Positions 25,142-35,532 are shown, counted from the stretch's first letter. The stretch: 64,000 nt of DNA from Armatimonadota bacterium (GCA_963677485.1 OY781964.1:3584001-3648000), one strand, 5' to 3'. Made by a program: numbers and translations. The notes: a model not told the origin generated them from the sequence alone.

Positions 25142-25320
25142 ACCCACGAAGTGGGTAAGAATCTTATAGCCACGGGTGAGCGCAGCGTAACCCGTGGTGG
25201 ATGGTATGTCATTCCTACCCCGAAGTGGGTCGACCCCCATTCTGGGGTTAACAGAGTGGCCCTATACCAGGGGTATCGCTTCGCTCACCCCTGGCTATAA
25301 GAATCATACCCCTTCGGGGT
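25142..25320. mobile_element. REPIN/MITE-like inverted doublet (IS200/RAYT-type hairpin ends), no transposase
   Basis: 25142-25198 and 25266-25320 are imperfect inverted copies. Each is a short palindrome, a spacer and an ATAGCC hairpin. A degenerate copy lies at 25083-25115. Confidence 0.7.
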
Positions 25321-25410
25321 GCCGGACGGTCCATCAGCATTACCGCTTACAATTGTTGGCCACCATCATGTGACCTCGCTGCGACGATGGCCGGTATACG
25401 GTCTATGTTT

Positions 25411-25436
25411 CGGATGGCCACAAGGGCCATCCCTAC
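25411..25436 (-). repeat. GTAG-type REP
   Basis: GTAG-GGATGGCCCTTGTGGCCATCC; near-identical copy at 55851-55881. Confidence 0.8.
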
Positions 25437-25545
25437 GAATTCCATGAAACCAAACATGGCCATCCGCGAACATATTGAAACCCCACAGGGCCATCGGCGA
25501 ATACATTGAACCCAAACACAGCCGTCGGCACGTGTTCCATGCAAC

Positions 25546-25590
25546 CATCCGCGTCTATCCGCGTCTATTCGTGTCCATACGTGGTTGAAA
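25546..25590 (-). repeat. 10-bp-period AACCACG module
   Basis: Reverse strand reads TTTCAACCACGTATGGACACGAATAGACGCGGATAGACGCGGATG, a variant of the modules at 40522 and 53575. Confidence 0.7.
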
Positions 25591-25628
25591 TATCCTTGCG
25601 AACACAACACAACACCCTAGAGCGCCTG

Positions 25629-26876
25629 TTACGGATTACTGCTTGTGTTGATGATACTACTTTTCGGCCCCAATATCACTTCCGCAGGCGGGCATTTAAA
25701 TAGGGGCGCCAGATGCTGCTGCATGCTCTCGGCGGTGACGGCTAACACCTTATCTTGAATCTCCTGCATACTGATCACTCGGTTGAGATACAACAGGCTG
25801 CGGGTGTTGTGGAACATCCGCGATTCGGTGCTCTCGGTAGAGATCAGCATCCCGCCGAGTATCTGCTTTTTGGCGGTCTCCAACTCACCCTCATGATAAC
25901 CATGAACGAACGGCTTCGCCAACTCGGCCGATACCAATTCTCTTACCTCAGCCACATTGGTGGGTGAACAGCAGGCATAGGTGCCGAAATACCCCGCCTG
26001 GGGGTAACAGTTGGTGAAGCTCTGCACGTGATACACCAGCCCGCGCTTCTCACGGATTTCCTGAAACAGCCGGCTGCTCATGTTGGCACCCATGAGTATA
26101 TCGAATACTACCAGCTCAAACCGCCGGTCATCGCTTTGGGTGAACGCAGGATAAGCGGTGCAGTAGTGGCACTGCTTCACACGGCTGCTGATCTGCTTAG
26201 ACTTGGGTGCCACCTTGATCTCGCGTAGCGGTTTGAGTGGCTCACCTGCCGGTATCTGTCTGAACGCCTTGGTCAGCAGCTTCAACACTGCCGGTCGGGA
26301 AAACTGGCCTGACACCGAGATAATAAGATGACAACCCGAGCAACGCTCCAGCATCATCGCGCGTAACTGATCGGCGGTGATGCTCTCAATGGTGGAGGGT
26401 GTGCCCAGCACGGTCATGGCCAGGGGGTGGCGTCCCCACAAACTGGTGGGTACATGGTCATGAACGGTGTCTTCAGGGTCGTCATGCACCTGGTAATACT
26501 CTTCCAGCACCACCTGTTTTTCGCGCTGAAGCTCTTGTTCATCCATCAGCGGGTGAGTGAGCATATCTGCCAGCACATCAATGGCTGTGCCGATTTCATC
26601 TGTGGTCACGCGGGCATAAAAGCTGATGTGGTCTCTGTCGGTTTCGGCATTCAAATACCCGCCGCATCGTTCCACCTGGTGGGCGATCTGCTGGGCGTTA
26701 CGTGTGGTGGTTCCTTTGAACAGCATGTGCTCCAGCATATGCGAGATGCCGCGTGAGGGCAGCGGATCATTCATGGAGCCGGTATCGACTGTCACGCCGA
26801 TGGATACGGAGTAGGCGGTTGGGATATCCTCAAGTACGACACGTATGCCGTTGGGAAGAAGGCTAGTAGTGATCAT
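25629..26876 (-). CDS. M16 family zinc peptidase
   Basis: HMLEHMLFKGT inverted zinc motif; SRLFQEIREKRGLVY; lies after pnp. Confidence 0.95.
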   Translation of the reverse strand: MITTSLLPNGIRVVLEDIPTAYSVSIGVTVDTGSMNDPLPSRGISHMLEHMLFKGTTTRNAQQIAHQVERCGGYLNAETDRDHISFYARVTTDEIGTAIDVLADMLTHPLMDEQELQREKQVVLEEYYQVHDDPEDTVHDHVPTSLWGRHPLAMTVLGTPSTIESITADQLRAMMLERCSGCHLIISVSGQFSRPAVLKLLTKAFRQIPAGEPLKPLREIKVAPKSKQISSRVKQCHYCTAYPAFTQSDDRRFELVVFDILMGANMSSRLFQEIREKRGLVYHVQSFTNCYPQAGYFGTYACCSPTNVAEVRELVSAELAKPFVHGYHEGELETAKKQILGGMLISTESTESRMFHNTRSLLYLNRVISMQEIQDKVLAVTAESMQQHLAPLFKCPPAEVILGPKSSIINTSSNP

Positions 26877-26884
26877 ATATAAGA

Positions 26885-26907
26885 AGGGCGAACCGGTGGC
26901 TCGCCCT
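26885..26907 (-). terminator. Hairpin after pnp
   Basis: AGGGCGA-N9-TCGCCCT with a weak U tract. Confidence 0.45.
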
Positions 26908-26932
26908 CTGTGTTACCTCGTCCGTTTAGCTG

Positions 26933-29239
26933 TTATCGGCGGGGACGGAAGCGAGCTCGGGGCATATCATCATCCTCGGGCTTCTCTTCTGGTTTCACGT
27001 CTGGCTGTGCTTGAGGCTCAGCTTCACGACGTGGGGCTCTTTCGGAGCGGTCAGGGCGCTCGGAGCGTTCGCGGCTGAAGCCACGGTCGCCTCTATCACC
27101 ACGATCGCTGCGCTCGCCGGATGGTGCACCGCCGCTGGGACGGCCTCCACCGGTGAACACGTTACCCAAGCCTTTGGCGGTGAGGTTGATGCGACCCTGC
27201 TGGTCGACCTCAATCACCTTGACCTTGATTTCGTCACCGATCTTGACCAGTTCATCAGCGCGGCGGACGCGCTCGTCAGACAACTGGCTCATCGGAACCA
27301 GACCGTCCTTACCGGGGATGATCTCCACGAACACACCAAGACTGGCGGTGCGGGTGACCTTACCGGTGAACTCTTCGCCAACCATGACTTCTTTGGTGAG
27401 GGAGGAGACGATCTTGCGAGCGGCTTCCCCAGCTTCACCGGAGTCGGCGGCGATGAATACGCGGCCGTCTTGCTCAACCTGGATGCGGGCACCGGTGTCA
27501 GCACAAATCTTCTTGATTGTGCGTCCGCCTGGCCCGATCAGTTCGCCGATGCGCTCGGGGTTGATCTCGATGCAGATCATGCGAGGCGCATACATGCTCA
27601 GGTCTTCGCGAGGGGCTTCGATGGCTTCGTTGATCTTGCCCAGAATGTGGAAGCGGCCCACCTTAGCCTGAGCTAGTGCCTGCACGAAAACTTCGTGCGG
27701 GATCGCTCCGCATTTGGTGTCCAACTGCATAGCAGTCACGCCTTCAGCGGTGCCTGTGACTTTAAAGTCCATGTCACCGGTGAAGTCTTCCATACCCTGA
27801 ATGTCGCTGAGCACAACAAACTTGTCACCCTCAGTCATCAGTCCCATAGCGATACCGGCGACTGGCGATTTGATCTTCACACCAGCGTCCATCAGGGCCA
27901 AAGTGCTTCCGCAGGTGCTGGCCATAGAGGACGACCCGTTGCTCTCCATTACTTCGGAGGTGAGCAGCATGGTGTAAGGGAATTCGTCTGCGTTGGGTAT
28001 CACAGGACGCAGGGCTCGCTCCGCCAGGGCTCCGTGGCCGATCTCTCGGCGTCCGGGTCCGCGCATGGGGCGGGTCTCGCCTACGCTGTAGGGAGGGAAG
28101 TTGTAGAAGTGCATATAGGTGCGCTCGCCGTCTTCTTCCAGCGTGTCGATGATTTGAGCATCGTCACGCGGGCCGAGGGTGCAGGTAGTGAGTACCTGCG
28201 TTTGACCGCGGGTAAACAGACCGGAACCATGCACGCGAGGCAGAATGCCTACTTCGCAACTGATCGGGCGGATTTCATCATACTTGCGGCCGTCAGGACG
28301 CACGCCATGGTTGATAATCAGGTCGCGGATGCCTTCCTTGACCACTTTGTCGGCAGCCTCTTTAAGGTCGGTCATCTGGTCGGCGTACTCACTGCTGAGT
28401 TCGCCCACGATTTCGTCCTTAAGCAACTGGATACCGGCCTCACGAGAGGCTTTCTCGGGGTCCTGGATGGCGGTCAGAATCTGGGCTGCGTAGTCCTTGC
28501 GGACGCGCTCTACTATTTCGTAGGCGGGCTTGTAGCAAGGCACTTCAGTCTTCGCTTTACCGACCTTGGCAGCGAGCTCAATCTGAGCATCGCAGATGGG
28601 CCGGATCGCTTCCTGAGCAATGAGCAATGCTTCGAGGATGATATCCTCGGACACTTCATTGGCACCAGCCTCAACCATGCAGATGGCGTCTTTAGTAGCA
28701 GCCACAACCAGGTCGAGTTCACTCTCTTCGCACTGAGCGAGAGATGGGTTGATAACCCACTCACCCTCAACACGTCCCACGCGGACTGCGCCAACTGGCC
28801 CGGCCCATGGGATGTTGGAGATCATCAGCGCTGAGGAGGCGGCGTTGATAGCCAGCACGTCCGGAAGCCGCTCACGATCTACAGAGAGGGGAAGAGCTGC
28901 GATCTGCACCTCGTTGCGCATACCGTCAGGGAACAACGGGCGCAGAGGGCGGTCGATCAGCCGAGATGTCAGAATAGCTTTTTCACTAGGGCGTCCGCCG
29001 CGCTTCATAAATCCACCGGGGATTTTGCCAACGGCATACTTACGCTCTTCGTAGTCTACGGTGAGAGGAAAGAAGTCGATGTCTGTTCGGGCCGTTCGAC
29101 TCATGGTCGCGGCGCAGAACACGATGGTATCTCCCCATTGCACCGTGACGGAGCCGCCGGCTTGCTTAGCCAGCTTGCCCGTCTCGATGATAAGGGGAGT
29201 ACCAGCGAGATTGACTTCTACGTTTAAAATGTTGTGCAT
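26933..29239 (-). CDS. pnp: Polynucleotide phosphorylase
   Basis: FFPLTVDY, HGSGLFTRGQTQ, SNGSSSMAS and GDMDFKV motifs; KH and S1 domains. Confidence 0.99.
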   Translation of the reverse strand: MHNILNVEVNLAGTPLIIETGKLAKQAGGSVTVQWGDTIVFCAATMSRTARTDIDFFPLTVDYEERKYAVGKIPGGFMKRGGRPSEKAILTSRLIDRPLRPLFPDGMRNEVQIAALPLSVDRERLPDVLAINAASSALMISNIPWAGPVGAVRVGRVEGEWVINPSLAQCEESELDLVVAATKDAICMVEAGANEVSEDIILEALLIAQEAIRPICDAQIELAAKVGKAKTEVPCYKPAYEIVERVRKDYAAQILTAIQDPEKASREAGIQLLKDEIVGELSSEYADQMTDLKEAADKVVKEGIRDLIINHGVRPDGRKYDEIRPISCEVGILPRVHGSGLFTRGQTQVLTTCTLGPRDDAQIIDTLEEDGERTYMHFYNFPPYSVGETRPMRGPGRREIGHGALAERALRPVIPNADEFPYTMLLTSEVMESNGSSSMASTCGSTLALMDAGVKIKSPVAGIAMGLMTEGDKFVVLSDIQGMEDFTGDMDFKVTGTAEGVTAMQLDTKCGAIPHEVFVQALAQAKVGRFHILGKINEAIEAPREDLSMYAPRMICIEINPERIGELIGPGGRTIKKICADTGARIQVEQDGRVFIAADSGEAGEAARKIVSSLTKEVMVGEEFTGKVTRTASLGVFVEIIPGKDGLVPMSQLSDERVRRADELVKIGDEIKVKVIEVDQQGRINLTAKGLGNVFTGGGRPSGGAPSGERSDRGDRGDRGFSRERSERPDRSERAPRREAEPQAQPDVKPEEKPEDDDMPRARFRPRR

Positions 29240-29247
29240 GAAAGCTC

Positions 29248-29523
29248 CTATATTTTGGCGCGAATGCCCAGCGAAGCGACGACAGTTCGGAATCTAGTAA
29301 TGTCGATTCTCGCAAGGTATTCCATCAATCGTTTTCGCTCACCAACGAGCATCATAAGACCTCGTCTGGTAGCGTGATCGTGGATATGCGTTCGCAGGTG
29401 CTCAGTCAGGTGTTGAATCCGAGCGGTCAGGAGCGCAATTTGAACCTCGGGTGAGCCGGTATCTCCCTCGGTGCGACCGTATTTTTTTACGATCTCCGCT
29501 TTGTGATCAGTGCTAAGCGGCAT
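29248..29523 (-). CDS. rpsO: 30S ribosomal protein S15
   Basis: [13 protein letters not shown]; AAAGGAG RBS before ATG 29523. Confidence 0.98.
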   Translation of the reverse strand: MPLSTDHKAEIVKKYGRTEGDTGSPEVQIALLTARIQHLTEHLRTHIHDHATRRGLMMLVGERKRLMEYLARIDITRFRTVVASLGIRAKI

Positions 29524-29654
29524 GTTGGTGGTATCTCCTTTGTGGTGTGAACAGCGATTATCGCTGCCATATGGAATTAGTTTTGATAGTGGTGACGGAG
29601 TGAGGCCGCACGGCTCCGGAACGGAGAGGCGTGGAAACACACAGAAACCATATT

Positions 29655-29683
29655 AGTGTATCACATGTGGTCTGTCCAGTCAA
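29655..29683 (-). promoter_or_regulatory. Sigma70 promoter of rpsO-pnp
   Basis: TTGACT-17 bp-TACACT with a TG extension. Confidence 0.85.
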
Positions 29684-29703
29684 TTCGCGTTTGGGGATCT
29701 TTC

Positions 29704-29884
29704 TCACGCGAAGACGCGAAGGGGTATGGTAAGTGTCACGCGAAGACGCGAAGACGCGAAGGGGTATGGTAAGTGTCACGCGAAGACGCGAAGACGCGAA
29801 GGGGTATGGTAAGTGTCACGCGAAGACGCGAAGACGCGAAGGGGTATGGTAAGTGTCACGCGAAGACGCGAAGACGCGAAGGGG
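29704..29884 (+). repeat. Perfect 40-bp tandem repeat (4 full copies plus a partial)
   Basis: GGGGTATGGTAAGTGTCACGCGAAGACGCGAAGACGCGAA at 29721, 29761, 29801 and 29841. Confidence 0.98.
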
Positions 29885-29888
29885 GATC

Positions 29889-30091
29889 GTCTGAACCACG
29901 GATTACACGGATTGACTGGATGACACGGATGGGAACGGATTGGAGAGGGGGACGTGTCACGCGAAGGCGCGAAGACGCGAAGGGGATGGAGTGACTGCCA
30001 CCTGGGAACGCCAATCTCCCGATTGGCATCCGGTGTCCCTCTCCGTCCCATCCGTGTCATCCTGCAAATCCGCGTAATCCGTGGTTCAGAC
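29889..30091. repeat. 203-bp element with 46-bp terminal inverted repeats and nested modules
   Basis: 29889-29934 versus the reverse complement of 30046-30091 shows 4 mismatches. It encloses an ACGCGAAG module (29954-29985) and the palindrome CTGGGAACGCCAATCTCCCGATTGGC (30002-30027). Confidence 0.85.
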
Positions 30092-30168
30092 AATCACCCA
30101 GCGCGGTCACACGGCTGCGGTTTCCACGCCCCGTGTATCCATAGAATGTCTGACGTATCTATATATAT

Positions 30169-32334
30169 ATGAAGAAGCAGATATTTCGTATCACAGGTAT
30201 GAGCTGCGCAGCCTGCTCAGCGGGGGTGCAGAAGCGGGTTTCGCAGATGGACGGAGTGGCGGAAGCCAGCGTGAACCTGGCCTCCGAGCGGCTGGTGACC
30301 AGCTTTGACCCCGACCGCACCTCTGTGGACGGCATCGTGGCAGCGGTCAAGAGCGCCGGATATGGTGCCATCCCGATGGAAGCCAACGATACCCTGCAGG
30401 CCGGACAGCAAAGCTCAGAGGCGGTCAGCACCAGGCTCTGGGTGTCGCTGGCGTTTGCCATCCCGCTGCTGGTGATCTCTATGGGCCCGATGGTCGGCTT
30501 CCACGCGCTGCATTTGCCCGATCCTTACGGCGGTTGGCTGCAGGCCGTGCTGTGCATGCCGGTGATCATCGTAGCCGCACCACTTTTCCGCAGCGGCTGG
30601 AAGGCGGCTCAGGTCGGCAGTCCCAACATGGACTCGCTGGTAGCACTGGGCAGCGGGACAGCATTTGTATACAGCCTGTATCTGATGATCGCGGGTGGCA
30701 GCCAGCACCACCTCTATTTCGAAAGTGCGGCGGTGATACTGGCACTGATTACCCTGGGCAAGCATCTGGAGGCACGCTCCAAAGGGAGGGCCAGCCTGGC
30801 CATCCAAGCATTGATGCAGCTCACCCCCGCGACCGCCACAGTGATTCGAGACGGTCAAGAGACCACCATCCCGGCGCAGGAGCTGAAGCCCGGCGAGTTG
30901 GTGCTCATCCGGCCGGGTGAGCGTATCCCCGCGGACGGCGAATTGGCCGAGGGGACGACCTCTGTTGATGAGTCGATGCTCACCGGTGAAAGTATGCCGG
31001 TCAGCAAACAGCCTGGTGAGCGCGTGTATGGCGGGACGGTCAACGGCAACGGGCTGATCACTATCGAGGTTCATCAGGTGGGCAGCGACACCGCGCTGGG
31101 GCACATTATCCGCATGGTGGATGACGCCCAAAGCAGCAAAGCTCCCATCGCCCGGCTGGCCGACCAGGTCTCGGCCTGGTTCGTGCCGGCGGTGCTGGTC
31201 ATCGCGATACTCAGTGCGGTGGGATGGATGCTCGCGGGTAAACCTCTGGAGTTTGCGTTGACCGTGTTTGTTTCGGTGCTCGTGATCGCCTGCCCCTGTG
31301 CACTCGGCTTAGCCACCCCCACAGCGGTGATGGTGGCGGTAGGCCGTGGTGCCGAACTAGGCGTTCTGCTGCGACATGCCGAGGCACTGGAGCAAGCGGG
31401 ACGAATCGACACCATCGCCTTTGATAAAACCGGCACCCTCACGGAGGGCAAACCGAAACTCACACGGCTTATCTGCGCAGAAGGTATCTCTGAGGAGGAA
31501 CTGCTCATCATAGCCGCCAGCGTGGAGCATGGCTCCGAGCATCCTCTGGCCAGTGCTGTAGTGAACGCCGCGGAGGATCGTGATCTCACCCTGAAGCGTG
31601 CGCTTCAGTTCCAGAACCTGCCCGGGCAGGGGGTGCAGGCCACCATCTCTGGCAAGCGCATCCTGGTGGGCAGTGCGGAGCTATTGGCTTCACGCAACAT
31701 CGAGCTGCCATCTGACTGGCCGGCAGAGGCCAGCTTCTATGTCACCAGCAATGAGCTGCCCATCGGGGCGCTGATTGTGGCTGACCCCATACGGGCCGAA
31801 TCGGCCTCGGCTATACGGCAACTCAAGGCACTGGGCATCAGCACCGCCATGATCACCGGTGACCGCGCCGAAGTGGCGCAGAAGATCGCGGATGAACTGC
31901 ATATCACCGAGCTGGTAGCAGGCGTGCTGCCCGATGGCAAAGCGGCGCAGATCGCCCGGCTGCAGAACAAGCCTGCGCATGTCGCGTTTGCCGGCGATGG
32001 CATCAACGACGCGCCTGCATTGGCCAGCAGCGAGTTGGGCATCGCGCTGAGCAGCGGCACCGATGTGGCGATGGAGTCGGCGGATGCGGTGGTGATGCAC
32101 CGAGGTATCGAAGGGGTGGTCACGCTGATCCGACTGGGACGCGCTTCCATGCGGATCATCCGGCAGAACCTGTTCTGGGCCTTTTTCTACAATCTGCTGG
32201 GCATCCCCGCGGCGATGGGGCTGCTCACACTTTGGGGTGGGCCAATGTTGAACCCGATGATCGCAGCAGGGGCCATGAGCCTCAGCTCGCTGACGGTGGT
32301 GTTGAATGCCCTTCGGTTGCGGCGGTTCGTGTAG
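30169..32334 (+). CDS. copA: Cu(I)-exporting P1B-type ATPase
   Basis: GMSCAAC HMA domain, [29 protein letters not shown] and MSLSS motifs. Confidence 0.95.
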   Translation: MKKQIFRITGMSCAACSAGVQKRVSQMDGVAEASVNLASERLVTSFDPDRTSVDGIVAAVKSAGYGAIPMEANDTLQAGQQSSEAVSTRLWVSLAFAIPLLVISMGPMVGFHALHLPDPYGGWLQAVLCMPVIIVAAPLFRSGWKAAQVGSPNMDSLVALGSGTAFVYSLYLMIAGGSQHHLYFESAAVILALITLGKHLEARSKGRASLAIQALMQLTPATATVIRDGQETTIPAQELKPGELVLIRPGERIPADGELAEGTTSVDESMLTGESMPVSKQPGERVYGGTVNGNGLITIEVHQVGSDTALGHIIRMVDDAQSSKAPIARLADQVSAWFVPAVLVIAILSAVGWMLAGKPLEFALTVFVSVLVIACPCALGLATPTAVMVAVGRGAELGVLLRHAEALEQAGRIDTIAFDKTGTLTEGKPKLTRLICAEGISEEELLIIAASVEHGSEHPLASAVVNAAEDRDLTLKRALQFQNLPGQGVQATISGKRILVGSAELLASRNIELPSDWPAEASFYVTSNELPIGALIVADPIRAESASAIRQLKALGISTAMITGDRAEVAQKIADELHITELVAGVLPDGKAAQIARLQNKPAHVAFAGDGINDAPALASSELGIALSSGTDVAMESADAVVMHRGIEGVVTLIRLGRASMRIIRQNLFWAFFYNLLGIPAAMGLLTLWGGPMLNPMIAAGAMSLSSLTVVLNALRLRRFV

Positions 32335-32345
32335 GTGAATTTGTG

Positions 32346-32368
32346 GGGCGGATCGGTCGGATCCGCCC
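32346..32368. terminator. Hairpin between convergent genes
   Basis: GGGCGGATC-N5-GATCCGCCC. Confidence 0.65.
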
Positions 32369-32386
32369 TATTCCTTTGTCCCCAAA

Positions 32387-33469
32387 CTATGAACTTTGCC
32401 GACCGTAACCGCGGCGCAGGCCGATGGCGGAACGCAGCTCGCTTGCCAGATTGACCGCCTCATGTCTACTGAGTCCCTGAAACAGCCGCGTGTTCACACC
32501 GCATATCACCACATCAAGGCCGCATTGAGGTGTGTTTTTGGTGGTCAGAAGCCATTCCGAAGGCTGGATGTCACCGATGTCGGAGAGCTGGTACTCGTAC
32601 CGCTGCCCGAATGGACGTTCACCAACGACAAATAGGCCTTGCGTTACTTCGATGTATCTGTTTTTCAAAGACGATGCGGCTATCGTCACCAAAGCCACTA
32701 AGGCGTTGATCAGCGCATTTGCATACTGGGTTAGCGCGTGCCACAACCGCTCCCAAACTGGCGATGAGGAGGCATCAGATAGCGCACCTATGGCCACATA
32801 GACGATGATGGCCACGGCGATGACACCCTTAAAGGCCAAGGCTACCGGTTGCGGCATCCAGTACTGCATCCCCTGACCAACCTGGCGCGAGAGAACCTTC
32901 CGCTTTTTCGCGGGTTCATGTGTTGCATATGACACCCCAAGAGGCTGCATCACCATGGGGAAATACCTTTGCACGAGAGAGCGTATCTCCTCCATGCTGT
33001 CGCGATCGATGTTCTGGCAGGCGGCGAAATCACCGCTTTCCGTGCTGAACACCAATGTCCATCCTGCATCATCGCTACTGGCCGGATTATGGATGGCTTG
33101 GAAGTCACGCACACTACCCAGGCTGAACACTTTCGGCTTGAACGGCCAACGCACCACAGATAGATGGCTTAAAGTGATCTCTAGCTGCTCATGGCTTAAA
33201 TGCATGTAGCCCAGAATGACGAGGATTAATACAATACCAGGCCCTAGGACAAAAAAGGCCGCAGACGCATCAGAAACCAGCATGTGGTAGGCGATCATAC
33301 CCAACAGCGTCGACATGACCAATATAAACACCGTCTTAACAAACACAGGGTTATCGTCGCTCTTGCGCACGCGCAGTCCATCATGGGTTTGCTGGATAGT
33401 GACCATTTTCGAACGGCCTTTACGAACTGGGGATACTGGCTTTGGTGACTTAAGCGCACGCAGATACAT
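32387..33469 (-). CDS. Hypothetical membrane protein (two TM-hairpin + soluble-domain units)
   Basis: Two hydrophobic pairs each followed by a beta-rich domain; GGGAG RBS. Confidence 0.7.
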   Translation of the reverse strand: MYLRALKSPKPVSPVRKGRSKMVTIQQTHDGLRVRKSDDNPVFVKTVFILVMSTLLGMIAYHMLVSDASAAFFVLGPGIVLILVILGYMHLSHEQLEITLSHLSVVRWPFKPKVFSLGSVRDFQAIHNPASSDDAGWTLVFSTESGDFAACQNIDRDSMEEIRSLVQRYFPMVMQPLGVSYATHEPAKKRKVLSRQVGQGMQYWMPQPVALAFKGVIAVAIIVYVAIGALSDASSSPVWERLWHALTQYANALINALVALVTIAASSLKNRYIEVTQGLFVVGERPFGQRYEYQLSDIGDIQPSEWLLTTKNTPQCGLDVVICGVNTRLFQGLSRHEAVNLASELRSAIGLRRGYGRQSS

Positions 33470-33573
33470 AAACGGCTCCCACTAATCATAGGTTGTAGCG
33501 GACGGATCAGACGTATCTTGCCAATCCGTCCGATCACAATAAAACCAAATTCCTGCCCGTAAGTGTGACGGGT

Positions 33574-34674
33574 TTACAGCCCGGCGCCTGTTTTGCGAAT
33601 CACGCCATTCGTCGCCGTAGTGATGGCTTCCACTATTGATTCCGCCTCACTGTGGGTGATGTCTTTCACCAGCACCACTGGCATCAGCTTCTCACGGAAG
33701 GCGACCATGCTCTGTGCTGCATGTGGATTGCTGTTCTTCAGCGTCAAAGCCTGAAGGTCGGTCACTAGCTTCAAGTTCACCGACCTGCGTCCAGATCCCT
33801 TCGGGTAACTGATATCATCAAGACCCACCACGATATGGCGGTCGCTGGGTCGGCGGCGGATGCCATACACAGCAACCGCCAGCAGCACGATCAGTGGCAG
33901 GACGATGGATCCAAAAGAGACCAGCGTCGAAGCGACGAGGTTGACAGCCATGATGATGGCACCTGCGGCCAGGGCCCACCAGCCCATCACACCGTAGCTG
34001 GCGCGTTGTTTGGGCTTGATGATGAGCATCCCCTGATCCGTCTCACAGGTATAACGCATCGTCAAATGGCTCAACTCACCATCTGCGAGCTGTTCACGGA
34101 TGTCCTCTCGGATAATCTGAGCGTGCCTGGGCTTCATATACTGCCATATCCGGTCGCGTTCCTTCAAGGTCAGGCCCAATCCCCACGGGTGGCATTCGCT
34201 GCCTTGTACCATCCACATCCGGGGCTCGTTGCCAAGCAGGCCAGGCATCGGCAGTGTGCCGAAGTGCAGGTAAGCCCCCTTATCAGCTTGAAACATGATG
34301 TCCGGCAGGAAGCTACGCTGTAACCTTATGGTGTGACCATCTGTGCTGAGCTTCTCACGACGAAAAGCCCACATAAACAACACGGCACAAGGAACCAGTA
34401 TCATCGGGCTCATACGCAGCAGCAACACCCAGTCGAAGCCTTTGGGTCCAGACATCACCATCGTCTGCGCCACCACCCACAGCATCCCAAACACCACAAG
34501 CACCATACCGGAAAATCGGGCTCCATTACCGCCTGTGAAGGCACTTACTGTAGTGGTGCCATCACTATCGGTGACTGTAGCCTCTTCCCATTGCTCGTAG
34601 TAAGGTGTGCCCGGTAACCAGGCATTCCGCTGTTCAAACTCCTCAACCCTGTTTTGCAGCCACTCATCAGCCAA
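33574..34674 (-). CDS. Hypothetical membrane protein (same architecture)
   Basis: Two TM pairs plus soluble domains; starts 9 bp after the methyltransferase. Confidence 0.7.
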   Translation of the reverse strand: MADEWLQNRVEEFEQRNAWLPGTPYYEQWEEATVTDSDGTTTVSAFTGGNGARFSGMVLVVFGMLWVVAQTMVMSGPKGFDWVLLLRMSPMILVPCAVLFMWAFRREKLSTDGHTIRLQRSFLPDIMFQADKGAYLHFGTLPMPGLLGNEPRMWMVQGSECHPWGLGLTLKERDRIWQYMKPRHAQIIREDIREQLADGELSHLTMRYTCETDQGMLIIKPKQRASYGVMGWWALAAGAIIMAVNLVASTLVSFGSIVLPLIVLLAVAVYGIRRRPSDRHIVVGLDDISYPKGSGRRSVNLKLVTDLQALTLKNSNPHAAQSMVAFREKLMPVVLVKDITHSEAESIVEAITTATNGVIRKTGAGL

Positions 34675-34683
34675 GACTGTTCT

Positions 34684-35532
34684 CTACTTTGCCGGGCTGG
34701 TACACCGGGCTATGAAATAGTAGACCAGTGCGCCTGTGATGTGATCAACATGAACTTCCTGACTTAACAGTGCATGAAGCTCAGGCTTGGAAAAGCGGAA
34801 ATAATAGATGCCGCCCTCATGTTCGCCTTCTTTTTGGCTCATGAGGCGTGTATATAAGGAGTGCTTATAGGCAGAGATCACGATCGGTCTACCGGCGCTG
34901 CACACCCGGCCCATTTCGCGAATCGCCTGCCTCCGCAAGTCATCCGTAGGGATGTGCTCCAGCACTCCGCAACTCACCACACGGTCACAAACCTCCTGCC
35001 GTAATGGCATATTGCACAGGTCAGCTTGAATGAGGTCCACGTTCTCCACACCGGCTTCTTTAAGCTTCCGGGCACACACCAATAGCGATTCCCAGCTAAA
35101 GTCCATCGCGATGACCTGCTGGCTCCGCTTGGCAAACTCAATCGTCATTCGTCCTGTGCCGCATCCCGCTTCCAGCAATACGTGCCTGGAACACAGGTCC
35201 AGATAGCGGATGGTCATCGGAATCTCAAGCAGTCCGTAAAGATTGAGATACCACATGCCGTCGTAGTCGTTGACCTGAGCATCGCGCGCCTGGATCTCTT
35301 TCTGCTGCTGCAGCGAATCGGTGGGAAGACTTCCCGCGGCACTCGCTGGAGTGCGAAGATGATCGGGCAGCATTTTAGGAATGCCGTTGACTATTTCATA
35401 TACTCGGTTGCATACCGGACAAGTTAACAAGCCAGATGTGACGATATCGCCGTTGCTAACCTCATCTTTAAGCTTTAGTGACGATTCGCATCCTGCCGGG
35501 CAGCGTAATGATGCTAATAACGAGAGATGCAT
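34684..35532 (-). CDS. Class I SAM methyltransferase with N-terminal Trm112-like Zn domain
   Basis: LRCPAGC...LTCPVC...YEIVNGIP; LEAGCGTG; VLEHIP. Confidence 0.9.
   Translation of the reverse strand: MHLSLLASLRCPAGCESSLKLKDEVSNGDIVTSGLLTCPVCNRVYEIVNGIPKMLPDHLRTPASAAGSLPTDSLQQQKEIQARDAQVNDYDGMWYLNLYGLLEIPMTIRYLDLCSRHVLLEAGCGTGRMTIEFAKRSQQVIAMDFSWESLLVCARKLKEAGVENVDLIQADLCNMPLRQEVCDRVVSCGVLEHIPTDDLRRQAIREMGRVCSAGRPIVISAYKHSLYTRLMSQKEGEHEGGIYYFRFSKPELHALLSQEVHVDHITGALVYYFIARCTSPAK

Noticed and set aside
29721-29851. CsoR operators (GGGGTATGGTA) upstream of copA
   Set aside because: Only a half-site is present with no TACCC partner, it is about 300-450 bp from copA, and there is no csoR nearby.
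29704-29884. CRISPR array
   Set aside because: Units are identical end to end with no unique spacers, the repeat is not palindromic, and there are no cas genes in the window.
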